Source: an uncultured Candidatus Saccharibacteria bacterium
GTDB lineage: Bacteria; Patescibacteriota; Minisyncoccia; Phycocordibacterales; CALRHW01
DNA: 64,000 bases
Direction of reading: 5' to 3'
Assembly (NCBI GenBank): GCA_964390845.1
Contig: CAYMIL010000003.1
Coordinates: 4,425-68,424 of the forward strand
The translations under genes and the position numbers were made by a program. Under the pieces are notes generated by a model. That model had not been told where the DNA came from and searched no databases. It saw nothing but the letters and a program-made list of their open reading frames with translations. Shown here piece after piece: positions 17,145 through 28,749 of this stretch. Numbering within the stretch: position 1 is the stretch's first letter; every line of letters starts with the position of its first letter.

Positions 17145-19028
17145 TTAGACTCCAAGTACCACAGGGATAACAATTGGCTTCTTTGCGGTGCGCTGGAAGA
17201 GGAAGCGAGTAACTGAATCAGCAATATTTTCCTTTACGTAATCGAAGTTGATTGGATTCATGCCGACAGTCGTGTCTTCCACGGTCTTTTTGATAAGTGT
17301 GCGTGCCTCCTGAAGCAAATCCTGAGATTCGCGCAAATAAATGAATCCTCGAGAAATGATGTCGGGGGACTTTCGGAGCTTTCCTGTCTTGAGGTTGACG
17401 CTTGCGATGATGACAAACATGCCGTCTTCCGCGAGCATTTTTCTGTCACGCATCACAACTTCCTGCACGTCTCCGACAGAGAATCCATCTACCATCACCA
17501 TACTGTTTGGGGCAGACTCTTTGAGCTTTACGATTTTTTCACCCTTGTCCTGTATTTCAATAATAGAGCCGTTGTCTGGTACAACAATATGGTCTTCTGG
17601 CATGCCAAGTGATTCTACGAGCTGAGCATGAAGACGTAGGCGATAGTGGTTGCCGTGAATAGGCATAAAGAATTTCGGATTGATCTTCTTAAACATCCAT
17701 TCAAGCTCGCCGCGGTTGCCGTGGCCTGTGGAGTGGATGTACACATCGGATGTTCGATAGTGAATGATTTTGGCACCCTGTCGCGCGATATTGTCTTTGA
17801 GTTTTTCTACCTTCTTTTCATTGCCAGGAACGATAGATGAAGAGAGCAACACGGTATCACGTTTCGTAAGTTGGAAGTTTTTGTGGTTTTTTGTCGCCAT
17901 GCGCATAAGACCAGAAAACTCTTCTCCCTGTGCACCCGTTGCGAGAATAACAATCTTGTCTGGTGGGTACTTTTCCACGTCTTCGGTAGGAATCATCGTT
18001 TCCTTTTTAGGGTTAAACATTCCTGCCGCCTTTGCGATTTCAAGATTTGTTTTCATGCTTCGGCCTTCTACGGCGACACGTTTTCCATAGTGTTCTGACA
18101 CTTCGATAATTTTGATGAGGCGCTCGAGGGTAGAAGCAAAGGTGCCGATAATAAGACGCCCTTTAATATTTTTAATGATATCCTCGAGATTTTTGTGAAC
18201 GATTTTTTCTGGTGTTGAAAAACCAGGGTTTTCAACGTTTGTTGAGTCGTTCATAAAGAGAAGTACCTTTTCTTTTTCAAATCGTTTGTACTCTTTCTCT
18301 TCTGCTTCTGTTGGCATGCCGTCATTGTGGTCGAGTTTTGGGTCGCCGGCATTGACGATGCATCCGTATGGAGTTTCGATAATTACACCCATTGAGTCTG
18401 GAATCGTGTGGGACACTGAAAAGAATCGGACAGGGAGATTGCCGAGGCGGATGCGCTCTTCTTTTTCCACGGTAACGATTTCAAACGGTGGAAACTGAGG
18501 AAACTCTTCCTGTCGCTTTTTGATCATGAGTGTCGTGAGCTGACGGGAGTAGAGTGGCGGGTTGCCGATACGTGGCATGATAAATGGAATACCGCCGATA
18601 TGATCGAGGTGGCCGTGAGTGATGATGACCGCGCGGATTTTATCTTTTCGATCTTCGAGGTACTTTGTGTTTGGGAGAATGTAGTCTACGCCCGGAGTAC
18701 CTTCTTCTTTAAATTGAAAGCCCATATCGATGACAATGATGTCATTGCCAAACTCTACGGCTGTCATGTTTCGGCCGATTTCTTCAACGCCTCCAAGTGG
18801 GATGATGCGCACATTGTCACCAAGTGGTGGAATGGTGTCTTCGTGTTTTCTTTGCTGAGGACGTTGTCCGCCCGCGTCTCGTCGCATAGCGCTTGGGCTT
18901 CCGCGCATACCAGCGACGGGTCGTCGTCCCATATTACCTCCGCGAGATCGTCGGCGAGGTCGTTCTCCGCGTGATCGCGGTGCGGACGAAGAAAATGCTC
19001 GTCGCGGTGTTTCTTGTGATTGTTCCAT
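17145..19028 (-). CDS. rnj: Ribonuclease J
   Basis: PLGGVEEIGRNM, THGHLDHIG, TGAQGE, HSTGH and PIHG motifs; Arg-rich N-terminal extension. Confidence 0.97.
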   Translation of the reverse strand: MEQSQETPRRAFSSSAPRSRGERPRRRSRGGNMGRRPVAGMRGSPSAMRRDAGGQRPQQRKHEDTIPPLGDNVRIIPLGGVEEIGRNMTAVEFGNDIIVIDMGFQFKEEGTPGVDYILPNTKYLEDRKDKIRAVIITHGHLDHIGGIPFIMPRIGNPPLYSRQLTTLMIKKRQEEFPQFPPFEIVTVEKEERIRLGNLPVRFFSVSHTIPDSMGVIIETPYGCIVNAGDPKLDHNDGMPTEAEEKEYKRFEKEKVLLFMNDSTNVENPGFSTPEKIVHKNLEDIIKNIKGRLIIGTFASTLERLIKIIEVSEHYGKRVAVEGRSMKTNLEIAKAAGMFNPKKETMIPTEDVEKYPPDKIVILATGAQGEEFSGLMRMATKNHKNFQLTKRDTVLLSSSIVPGNEKKVEKLKDNIARQGAKIIHYRTSDVYIHSTGHGNRGELEWMFKKINPKFFMPIHGNHYRLRLHAQLVESLGMPEDHIVVPDNGSIIEIQDKGEKIVKLKESAPNSMVMVDGFSVGDVQEVVMRDRKMLAEDGMFVIIASVNLKTGKLRKSPDIISRGFIYLRESQDLLQEARTLIKKTVEDTTVGMNPINFDYVKENIADSVTRFLFQRTAKKPIVIPVVLGV

Positions 19029-19058
19029 TGTCAGTTGTTCTTTATGTCTTACTAATGA

Positions 19059-20783
19059 TTAATTATTTGATGAAAATATTTTCCACACCCGATTTGTTTC
19101 TATATACCACTCGTACACATTCATAAATCGTTCTGCCGGACTGATTGCTTGACCGAGTTTCAGATTTTTGACCTTTGAAGGTACCAAGTATATGAAGTCG
19201 GGTGAATATGTAAACACCGCAGGCATGTCTTCCTTGAGAAGATCGACGAATGCATCGTACTTCTCTTCACGCAAAGCTGGGTCTGTAATTGCTCGCATTT
19301 CCTCAAGCAATCTGTCGGCTTTGATATTTGCGTAGAGTGCAATATTGAGGCCGGGGTCGTTGCGTTGAGATGCATGCCAGAACGGATACAGGTCCGAATC
19401 TCGGCCAATCACTTCACCAAACAAGAGTGCGTCGTACTTTCGTGGGCGAATGATGTTTTGATTGAGATCACTTGTTTCAAATACGCGAATCTCAACATCT
19501 GCGCCGATTTTTTCCCATGCTTCTTTGATGAGTACAGCCGCTTCTTTAAGCTCTGGCGCATCGCCTGTAGAGATAGAGAAGGCGAGTGATACTGTTTCAT
19601 TTCCGCTTTTCTTCTCCATAATACCCGTGTCTGGATTTTGTTTCCAGCCGTTGCGTGTGAGTATGTCTCGTGCCTGTTGCGCGCGCTCCTCACTCGATGA
19701 TGCGGTTTCCGCAACGGAATTTGAGGATGGTCCGTCTATTGGTGTTCCGTATCCGCTCAATACCTCGCCGACAATGCGGTCTCGGTCGATCGCTGTATCG
19801 AGTGCAATGCGTACTTCACGGCGTGTAAAGAGAGGTGCTTGGTTTTGGTTGAAAAATACACCAAAGACGCGTGGAAGCGGCGCGTGCATAATTGTCGTAT
19901 CTTTTCGGACAATCGAATCAACTTGCTGTGGCGGAACGCCATGGACGCTGTCGACAGATCCGTCGGTGTATGCCTCAAGTGCATCTTCTTCGTTCATGTA
20001 AAAGCGAAGGGTGATGTGCTCTATGTATGGTTCTCCCAGAGTATACTTACTAAATGGCACGAGGTCGTAGTATACAGGAAGGCCTCCAGAATTTCTTTTT
20101 ACTTTCTTAAGTTTGTATGGACCAGAACCGATGGGTTCGGTGTTAAGAAGACTTGCGACAAACTGATCAGAATCAAGGCTACCCCACATGTGCTGAGGGA
20201 GAATACCCATGGTGAGATTTTCGATAAAAGGAGCGTATGGTTGTTTGAGGGTAAACTTTATTGTCTTCTCATCTATTTTTTGCACGAGCACGCCGTCCCA
20301 GTTGACTCGCTTCGGGCTTTTGATGCTATTGTCCTGTGCTTTGCGTACGGTAAATTCTACATCGCTCGCGGTCACTGGTGTGCCATCATGGAACACTGCG
20401 TCGTCTCGAATAACGACAGTGTACTCAAGGCCGTCTGGGGAGATAGTGTATTCCTTGCTGAGGTCATTGATGATACCGCCTTCTGGTGTTGCACGAAGCA
20501 GGCCTGAATATATGAGAGAGGTGAGGTCTTCGTCTGCGTCAGAGAGTGCAAGTATTGGGTTGATAAAGCGAGGTGATCCGACAACCGCTTCTTGAAGTGA
20601 GCCACCACGGCGCGGTACTTTTGTGAGAATATGCGAATTGAGACCCCATACAATCAAAAAGCCGGTAATGCACAGAAGGGCAAAAAAGAATACAAACAAG
20701 AGGCGTTCTGTGGTTGAGAACGTTCGTACTGCGTGAAATATTTTTTTTGAGAAGGGCATATGCGCCCGATTTCGAGAGGTCAT
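19059..20783 (-). CDS. ABC transporter peptide substrate-binding protein (family 5, OppA/DppA-like)
   Basis: INPILA, LIYSGL, FHDGTPVTASDVEFT and PIGSGPY motifs. Confidence 0.92.
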   Translation of the reverse strand: MTSRNRAHMPFSKKIFHAVRTFSTTERLLFVFFFALLCITGFLIVWGLNSHILTKVPRRGGSLQEAVVGSPRFINPILALSDADEDLTSLIYSGLLRATPEGGIINDLSKEYTISPDGLEYTVVIRDDAVFHDGTPVTASDVEFTVRKAQDNSIKSPKRVNWDGVLVQKIDEKTIKFTLKQPYAPFIENLTMGILPQHMWGSLDSDQFVASLLNTEPIGSGPYKLKKVKRNSGGLPVYYDLVPFSKYTLGEPYIEHITLRFYMNEEDALEAYTDGSVDSVHGVPPQQVDSIVRKDTTIMHAPLPRVFGVFFNQNQAPLFTRREVRIALDTAIDRDRIVGEVLSGYGTPIDGPSSNSVAETASSSEERAQQARDILTRNGWKQNPDTGIMEKKSGNETVSLAFSISTGDAPELKEAAVLIKEAWEKIGADVEIRVFETSDLNQNIIRPRKYDALLFGEVIGRDSDLYPFWHASQRNDPGLNIALYANIKADRLLEEMRAITDPALREEKYDAFVDLLKEDMPAVFTYSPDFIYLVPSKVKNLKLGQAISPAERFMNVYEWYIETNRVWKIFSSNN

Positions 20784-20801
20784 AAGCCGATATGGCTGAT
20801 C

Positions 20802-21032
20802 CTACACAAACAGAGAGAAGAACGCTGAGGCGATGAAAAGGCCAGCTATAACGATGGTTGAGTTAAACAAGACTTTTTCGAGTCCTCGTCGAGCATGGTG
20901 GCCAGATGAGAATCCATCTCCGCCAAACGCACTTCCGAGCCCTGCTTCCGATCGCTGTACGACAACAAGCGCGACAAGAACGATTGAAAGCACAATCTGT
21001 ATATAGGGAAGTATTGAAGCAATAAAGCTCAT
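20802..21032 (-). CDS. secG: Preprotein translocase subunit SecG
   Basis: LVVVQRSEAGLGSAFGG..RRGLEK; TATAAT-7nt-ATG 21032. Confidence 0.93.
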   Translation of the reverse strand: MSFIASILPYIQIVLSIVLVALVVVQRSEAGLGSAFGGDGFSSGHHARRGLEKVLFNSTIVIAGLFIASAFFSLFV

Positions 21033-21141
21033 TCCAGAGATTATACAAGCTTGGTTGAAAAAAGCAACTATCTCGGAACCTACCACTTCGGTGAACTTTT
21101 TGGTACTATAGTGCCACATTATAAGTAATATGTTCACTGCT

Positions 21142-21462
21142 ATGGCAAAAAAGACCAAGGCAATAACGAAGATCATGCCGCTCGGCGACCGTGTCCTCGT
21201 GCGGCCGTTTACTGCAGATGATATGGCGCCAAAGAAGTCCTTCGGCATCATTATCCCGGACACTGTTCAGAAAGAAAAACCGGAGCAGGGTGAGGTGGTT
21301 GCTGTAGGCGAAGGGCGTCGTGAAGACGGCAAGCTGATCCCCGTTCGCGTAAAGGTGGGCGATACAATACTTTTTTCCCGATATGGTTTTGAAGATGTTC
21401 GTGTTGATGATAAGGAGTTTTATATTCTCAAAGAAGAAAATATTTTAGCGATTATTAAATAA
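21142..21462 (+). CDS. groES: Co-chaperonin GroES
   Basis: PLGDRVLV, GIIIPD..KEKP, VKVGD motifs. Confidence 0.97.
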   Translation: MAKKTKAITKIMPLGDRVLVRPFTADDMAPKKSFGIIIPDTVQKEKPEQGEVVAVGEGRREDGKLIPVRVKVGDTILFSRYGFEDVRVDDKEFYILKEENILAIIK

Positions 21463-23112
<1,650 letters not shown>

Positions 23113-23114
23113 AT

Positions 23115-23675
23115 ATGACTACATACATTATTCTCGGCGTTGTTGCTATCGTTGCCATCTGGTTTGTTGTTGCATATAACGGCTTCGTGAGGCTCGTACA
23201 TCGCGCGAAAGAAGCGTGGTCGGATATCGAGGTCCAGCTCAAACGTCGCTACGATCTTATTCCAAATCTTGTCAGCACGGTGCAGGGATACGCAGAACAT
23301 GAAAAAGGTGCGTTTGAAAATGTGACGAAAGCGCGAGCGGCCGCTTTGGGCGCGAGCGCGGGCTCTATGGCGCAAAAAGGTCAGGCGGAAAATATGCTCA
23401 CGGATGCACTCAAAAGTGTGTTTGCTGTTGCAGAAGCATACCCAGACTTGAAAGCAAATCAAAACTTCCTTGAGCTTCAGCGTGAGCTTTCTGATACGGA
23501 AAATAAAATTCAGGCGGCGCGACGTTTCTACAATACCAACGTACGCGATCTCAATATCGGAATTGAATCATTCCCAGGCAATGTCATCGCTGGCATCTTC
23601 AAATTTTCCAAGATGGAACTTTTTGATCTACCAGATAGTGCTCCTGCGCAAGAGCCTGTGTCAGTAAAATTCTAA
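23115..23675 (+). CDS. lemA: LemA family protein
   Basis: QLKRRYDLIPNLV, EAYPDLKANQNF, RRFYN. Confidence 0.96.
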   Translation: MTTYIILGVVAIVAIWFVVAYNGFVRLVHRAKEAWSDIEVQLKRRYDLIPNLVSTVQGYAEHEKGAFENVTKARAAALGASAGSMAQKGQAENMLTDALKSVFAVAEAYPDLKANQNFLELQRELSDTENKIQAARRFYNTNVRDLNIGIESFPGNVIAGIFKFSKMELFDLPDSAPAQEPVSVKF

Positions 23676-23713
23676 CAACAAAACACACTCTCGACAGAGA
23701 GTGTGTTTTGTTG
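23675..23713. terminator. Perfect hairpin, likely bidirectional terminator
   Basis: ACAACAAAACACACTCTC-GACA-GAGAGTGTGTTTTGTTGT. Confidence 0.8.
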
Positions 23714-23799
23714 TAGTATTCCTCGTCAGAACGTAGGAGTGTGTGCACGTGGCTTCGTGGTCTGTGCATACTACTCACCTAATAGTGAAGGAGGAACTC

Positions 23800-24375
23800 A
23801 TGTCTTTTCTAGACCGAGTGGCGCCGTCCATGCGACGCATGATTGCATGTGGCCGTGTCCCAAGAAGGCTCGTCTATGAGTACGCGCGACGCCGTGGTGT
23901 CGACGCAGATCTGATGCTTCGCTACGATAGGTGGTTGCGCTTCTACAGCGCGCTTCACCTGCCCGTGTCACTGCTGAAGCCCTTTGCGTGCTTGGATACC
24001 GTGCGCACGTGGAGAGCGTGCATCGATGACCTGCTCGTGATGTACTGCTTGCTTGAGATTCCTCTCGGCAAGCCCGTCAACTTCACGCAGATTGACAATG
24101 CTGTCGAGGAGAGTCTCGTCAACAACCGTGTCGCTGTCCTTGTACACGGTCGTCTCGCTCGTGAGAAGGAGCTCGCGTCGAAACATGAGGATGTCGTCAA
24201 GGTTCTCGATAATGAATTCAGTGAGCGCTACGCACTCTATCAGTCGTTCAGTCTCGTTGGTGATATGGGTTGCTACGCTCACAGGGCGCGAATCGTGTTT
24301 TGGCAGAACCCCGATGACCCTGGGGGCAGGCTCACGGATTTGCTCAAGGAAGAAATCAACCGCAAGGTCAACTAA
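23800..24375 (+). CDS. Hypothetical protein (SD-led, C/G-ending codons)
   Basis: AAGGAGG 5 nt before ATG 23800; coherent codon bias; own terminator at about 24375-24414. Confidence 0.7.
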   Translation: MSFLDRVAPSMRRMIACGRVPRRLVYEYARRRGVDADLMLRYDRWLRFYSALHLPVSLLKPFACLDTVRTWRACIDDLLVMYCLLEIPLGKPVNFTQIDNAVEESLVNNRVAVLVHGRLAREKELASKHEDVVKVLDNEFSERYALYQSFSLVGDMGCYAHRARIVFWQNPDDPGGRLTDLLKEEINRKVN

Positions 24376-24446
24376 TCCCCATTGTCGCAGAAGCGGCAAT
24401 GGGGTTCTCTTTTGTATTTTCAAAACAGGTGCTCTATAATTCCCGC

Positions 24447-25343
24447 ATGAACATCTATAAACACCAGAGTTCCAATGTGCTCAAAACATGGGCGCTCATG
24501 ACAGTGTTTTTCATTGTCATCATCGCGCTCGGTTGGTTTTTTGGCGTCGCATACAATAGTCCAGGTATTTTATATGTCGCTGTCTTCTTTAGTATCGCGA
24601 TGAACATTGGCGCGTATTGGTTTTCAGACAAACTTGTGCTCAAGATGTATCGTGCTGTACCAGCGACGCGTGAAGAACATCGCGAGTTGTGGAATATTGT
24701 TGAAAATCTATCTATCACTGCCGGCTTGCCTATGCCGAAGGTCTATATTATTCCTGACGTATCACCAAATGCTTTTGCAACTGGTCGAAATAAAGAGCAT
24801 GCGGTTGTCGCGGTAACGAGTGGTTTGTTGCAGATTCTTGAGCGCAATGAGCTTGAGGGTGTAATCGCACACGAGTTGTCCCATATTGGCAATCGAGACA
24901 TGCTACTCTCTACGGTGGTGGTCGTGCTTGTCGGTTTCATTTCAATTCTGTCGGATATGTTTTTGCGCGCGAGAATGTTTGGTGTGGGACATCGTGATAG
25001 TGATCGTGGCAACGTGGGCGGTATTATTGTATTGCTCGGCATCGTGTTTTCGATTGTCTCACCGATTGTTGCTCTTCTTATTCAGCTCGCTATTTCTCGC
25101 AAGCGAGAATTTCTCGCTGATGCTTCGGCTGCACTCCTTACACGGTATCCAGAAGGTCTTGCGTCCGCACTTCTAAAAATTTCTGCGTATGGCGCGCGCG
25201 CACCAATGCGTCGCGCTACCAATGCGACAGCCCACCTCTTTATTGCAAATCCTTTTGGTGCGCGCGCTCATGCACTAGGTAAACTTTTTATGACACATCC
25301 GCCTGTAGAAGAGCGTGTTGCTGTGTTGCGGGGAATGAAGTAA
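24447..25343 (+). CDS. htpX: Zinc metalloprotease HtpX (M48)
   Basis: PNAFATG, HELSH, SRKREFLAD and THPP motifs. Confidence 0.96.
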   Translation: MNIYKHQSSNVLKTWALMTVFFIVIIALGWFFGVAYNSPGILYVAVFFSIAMNIGAYWFSDKLVLKMYRAVPATREEHRELWNIVENLSITAGLPMPKVYIIPDVSPNAFATGRNKEHAVVAVTSGLLQILERNELEGVIAHELSHIGNRDMLLSTVVVVLVGFISILSDMFLRARMFGVGHRDSDRGNVGGIIVLLGIVFSIVSPIVALLIQLAISRKREFLADASAALLTRYPEGLASALLKISAYGARAPMRRATNATAHLFIANPFGARAHALGKLFMTHPPVEERVAVLRGMK

Positions 25344-25408
25344 GTGTAATAAAAAACGAGACCCCTCCGCGATGTCCGCGGTAGGGGTCTTTGTGTGAGA
25401 TGTGATGC

Positions 25409-25972
25409 TCACTGCTGAGCACGAATGATGGCCGCGTCAACCGTCTGCTGGAGGGTCCGCACTCGAGGCCAGCACTCCGGGCTCTCTCGCACGGCCTCTC
25501 GGAAGTTGTGCGTGATCTCGCGCTGGCCCGGAAAGTCCTCCTCCATGCCGATGACGACACGTCTGTGGTGTTCGAACATCAGGTGTCCACGCCACTCGCC
25601 GAGTTCGCCTCGGGTGTCCTGCGCGTATGGGCCTTCTGCTGGGTCGCGTGGGACGGTCTTGGACTCGCAGGGGAGCCAGAACATGAGGCACCCCTTGCGA
25701 GACGCAAACTCCATCCACCGACGCTCCCACTTGATGTGGTGCACCGGCTCAGGGTTTGAGTTTGGGGTGATCTCGTGTGCACGGATCGGATGGTCACTCG
25801 GATAGGAAACGGGGATCACGAGCGTGCACGAAAGCGAGTACCGCGAGAAGATCTTGTGACACTCGCTCTGCCAGTCGTTGCCTCCGCGCACAGGCCCAGC
25901 CAGGAAAAAGACATGACCAGGCGGGTTGATCGATTCGGGCATCGTCTTCGGAAGAACAATTTTCGCCGACAT
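25409..25972 (-). CDS. Nucleoside 2-deoxyribosyltransferase-like protein
   Basis: VFFLAGP...DWQ, WE, FW and ELG pattern of Nuc_deoxyri_tr2-like proteins; AAGGGAG SD; terminator at about 25350-25392. Confidence 0.7.
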   Translation of the reverse strand: MSAKIVLPKTMPESINPPGHVFFLAGPVRGGNDWQSECHKIFSRYSLSCTLVIPVSYPSDHPIRAHEITPNSNPEPVHHIKWERRWMEFASRKGCLMFWLPCESKTVPRDPAEGPYAQDTRGELGEWRGHLMFEHHRRVVIGMEEDFPGQREITHNFREAVRESPECWPRVRTLQQTVDAAIIRAQQ

Positions 25973-26107
25973 GGTGCTCCCTTCGAAAGTGGTGAACGGG
26001 TGGGGATTGCGTGTCAGAAACCAGTGTCTACCGTAGCATACGTGCAGTAGCGCGTCTATAGTATTGTGTTGTCTGTGAGTTGATTTCGCGCTATTGTTGT
26101 CTGCATT

Positions 26108-26197
26108 GGAAAGATGCCAGAGCGGTCGAATGGGCCACCCTGGAAAGGTGGTATATCCGAAAGGGTATCGAGGGTTCGAATCCCTCTCTTTCCGCCA
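26108..26197 (+). tRNA. tRNA-Ser(GGA), CCA encoded
   Basis: GGAAAGA/TCTTTCC acceptor, CCACC-CTGGAAA-GGTGG anticodon arm, long variable arm. Confidence 0.96.
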
Positions 26198-26288
26198 ATT
26201 TCGTATCTATTGAACAAAACCCGCCTTTGCGGTACTGTGTTTTTGGAAGTTTGTACGAGCTAAACCCAATACGAGGAGGTGATGTAAC

Positions 26289-26843
26289 ATGTCGACGCCC
26301 AAGAAGCTTCGCATCCGTCTGCTTGGCGACCCTGTTCTGCGCAGTGTCGCACAGCGTGTCAAAAGTCCACGTCATCCAACAATCCGCAAGATTGTCCGCG
26401 ATCTCGTGCACACCTTTGAGGTGTACGGCGGCGGCGGTCTTTCCGCGCCACAAGTCGGGCACTCTCTGCGCATCATTGTGGTCGGCATTCGGTCATCGCC
26501 GCGCTATCCAGACATCATGCCGACTAGGCGTCACGTCATGATCAACCCTGTATTCCTGACGAAGTCTTACTCTGTGGAGGATGGACCAGAGGGGTGCGTG
26601 AGCTTGCCGGGGCTCATTGCGTTGAAGGTGCCACGTCACGCCAGTGTGCGCATTCAGTGGACGACGCCTGGGGGTCGTGTCCTGGAAGGCTGTTTTACGG
26701 GCACGTTTGCCCGTATCATCCAGCATGAGATGGACCACCTTGACGGACTCATGTTCACGGACCGCCTCAAGAACAACAAGTCGCTCGTCTCGTGGAAGGG
26801 GTATGAGAAGCTTTGCGCCACCGACAACGTGTCGCAGAAGTGA
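26289..26843 (+). CDS. def: Peptide deformylase
   Basis: GGGLSAPQVG, EGCVS and QHEMDHLDG motifs; GAGGAGGTGAT SD. Confidence 0.94.
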   Translation: MSTPKKLRIRLLGDPVLRSVAQRVKSPRHPTIRKIVRDLVHTFEVYGGGGLSAPQVGHSLRIIVVGIRSSPRYPDIMPTRRHVMINPVFLTKSYSVEDGPEGCVSLPGLIALKVPRHASVRIQWTTPGGRVLEGCFTGTFARIIQHEMDHLDGLMFTDRLKNNKSLVSWKGYEKLCATDNVSQK

Positions 26844-26860
26844 TCTTCTTCGCTCAGCGC

Positions 26861-26902
26861 CAACCCGCCTCGCGTCTCTGACGTTGAGGCGGGTTTCTTT
26901 TA
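26861..26902 (+). terminator. Intrinsic terminator
   Basis: AACCCGCCTC/GAGGCGGGTT plus TCTTTT. Confidence 0.8.
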
Positions 26903-26996
26903 TTGACGCTTATATGCCTCGGGTATACGATGAACTATGAGAATTCTTGGCGCGTTGCCGAGGATATGTTCCTTACCAGATCAGAAGGAGGAGGGT

Positions 26997-27959
26997 ATGG
27001 CAAAAAAGAACCCACTGAGTAGCCCGGTGTTCATGGGCCGCCCATTCCGCATGGCTGTGAAGGGAGGAATGCTTCGGCCTTTCTGCAAGAGCGTCGAGGT
27101 GTTGCCGAAGATTCAGAAGGAGGGAAGGTTTTACACCCTCCATCTCTGCATCAACAAGGGACGCAAGACGCTCTCGTACACCCCAGTCTTGTACCAGTGC
27201 GACCTCGTCGCGCTGTGGCGGAGTGCGCAGGTCATCGAGCGGTTTCGCTCCATTTCGTCTGAGGACATGATGTACGCGTACTGTGCTGTCTACTGGGCAT
27301 CGTACAACGAAGCCTCGGGCATCACGCACGCCAACGACGCACAGTGTGTCACCGAAGTCCGCAAGGTCATCGGCGACGATGAGTTTGTGCGGATCATGCA
27401 AACCCCACCGCCAGAGGACATCATCAAGGCAATCGTGATGGGTGCCGGCGTCAAGAGGAGCCTTTCTCTGACGCCGCTCACCTACGAGTGCAAGCGTGGC
27501 ACGATTTTGTGGAGGAATACGTTTGCTCAGGTGTGCGTCCTGCACCCTGAGACATGGGAAGCTCGACGAGAGAGTCTCAAGGAAATCCTCTACAAGTACG
27601 AACCCGACCTGCACAACTGTGCGGTGGAGGTGCTCGAATCGTTCTCGCGCGACATCAACTGCGTGCCGATGCTTGAGGTGGTCGCTGGAGACATCATCTT
27701 CGACGCGCCCTACGCATCGATCACTCCGCACGTTCTCTGCGCCGCGTCGGCGATTGTGCTTGGGCTTCGTCTTCACACCCAGCGCAAGATCGACAAGGGC
27801 CAGAATGTGAGTGAGCTCGGGTTTCAGGAGGCCGTGCACGCACGCCTCTATGAACGTGCGGTGCTCTGGCTCAAAAGCCGCACTGAACGAAAGGATGAGG
27901 AACGAGTGTTCAAGGAACTCGACTTCGTCTTGGAGCAGACGGTCGCGTGCTCCATCTAG
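26997..27959 (+). CDS. Hypothetical protein (SD-led, C/G-ending codons)
   Basis: TTGACG-17-TACGAT promoter, AAGGAGGAGG SD, terminator at about 27971-28015. Confidence 0.75.
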   Translation: MAKKNPLSSPVFMGRPFRMAVKGGMLRPFCKSVEVLPKIQKEGRFYTLHLCINKGRKTLSYTPVLYQCDLVALWRSAQVIERFRSISSEDMMYAYCAVYWASYNEASGITHANDAQCVTEVRKVIGDDEFVRIMQTPPPEDIIKAIVMGAGVKRSLSLTPLTYECKRGTILWRNTFAQVCVLHPETWEARRESLKEILYKYEPDLHNCAVEVLESFSRDINCVPMLEVVAGDIIFDAPYASITPHVLCAASAIVLGLRLHTQRKIDKGQNVSELGFQEAVHARLYERAVLWLKSRTERKDEERVFKELDFVLEQTVACSI

Positions 27960-28030
27960 GTTCTCCTTCGAGGGGCCGCCACCAGATCGTTTGGTGGCGG
28001 CCCTTTTCTTTTTTCTGTTATACTAACGTC

Positions 28031-28741
28031 ATGAAAAACATACTCCTTAGTCTCATCGTATTTGTGTTAGCGGGTCTTGGAACATTTTTTTACTTTACAC
28101 ACCCTGTTGAACAGCCAACACAAGATATTTCTGAAACAAGTGCAGACGCACAGCTTGAAGTTGTCTACACAGACACGCAAGCACTGTACCGCATAGCTTC
28201 AGAGCGTTCTGTCGCAACATTTCGTATTGGAGAAACATTGCGTGGAGAACCGTTTACTGCAGTGGGTACGACAAGTCAGGTGTCGGGTGATGTTGTGATA
28301 CAGAAAGGTGTTGTGGATGCAACAACATCACCTCCTGTATTGTTCACGATAGGCGAGGTTCGTCTTGATGCGCGAACATTTACAACGGATAGTCAGCAAC
28401 GCGATACTGCACTCAAGCGTTTTATTCTACAAACAGAAACGCCGGGTAATGAGTTTATGGTGTTTGTGCCGAGCGATGTTGTTGATGTTCCTGAGCAGAT
28501 TGTTTTGGGCGAACCCTTTACCGCGACTCTCAAAGGTAACATGACGATTGCCGGCATAACACATCCTGTTGAGTTCGCTCTTACTGCAACACAAACACCA
28601 GACACATTGTCATTGCATGTTGAGGGTGTGCTCAAACGCTCCGATTTCAATCTCACGATTCCAAACATTCCGTTTGTTGCAGATGTTGATGATGTTATTG
28701 AGGTGAGTGTAGATGCTATTGCATATATTGTGCACCCATAA
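28031..28741 (+). CDS. YceI-like lipid/polyisoprenoid-binding protein
   Basis: N-terminal TM; TDSQQRD, LKGNMTIAGIT and RSDF motifs. Confidence 0.88.
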   Translation: MKNILLSLIVFVLAGLGTFFYFTHPVEQPTQDISETSADAQLEVVYTDTQALYRIASERSVATFRIGETLRGEPFTAVGTTSQVSGDVVIQKGVVDATTSPPVLFTIGEVRLDARTFTTDSQQRDTALKRFILQTETPGNEFMVFVPSDVVDVPEQIVLGEPFTATLKGNMTIAGITHPVEFALTATQTPDTLSLHVEGVLKRSDFNLTIPNIPFVADVDDVIEVSVDAIAYIVHP

Positions 28742-28749
28742 ACGTGTGT

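Noticed and set aside
26973-27839. Long antisense or alternate-frame ORFs over the GC-rich genes (also 2969-3571, 6058-6912, 23968-24423, 35787-36098)
   Set aside because: These are shadow ORFs expected from C/G-ending codon bias, with no SD, promoter or recognisable motifs.
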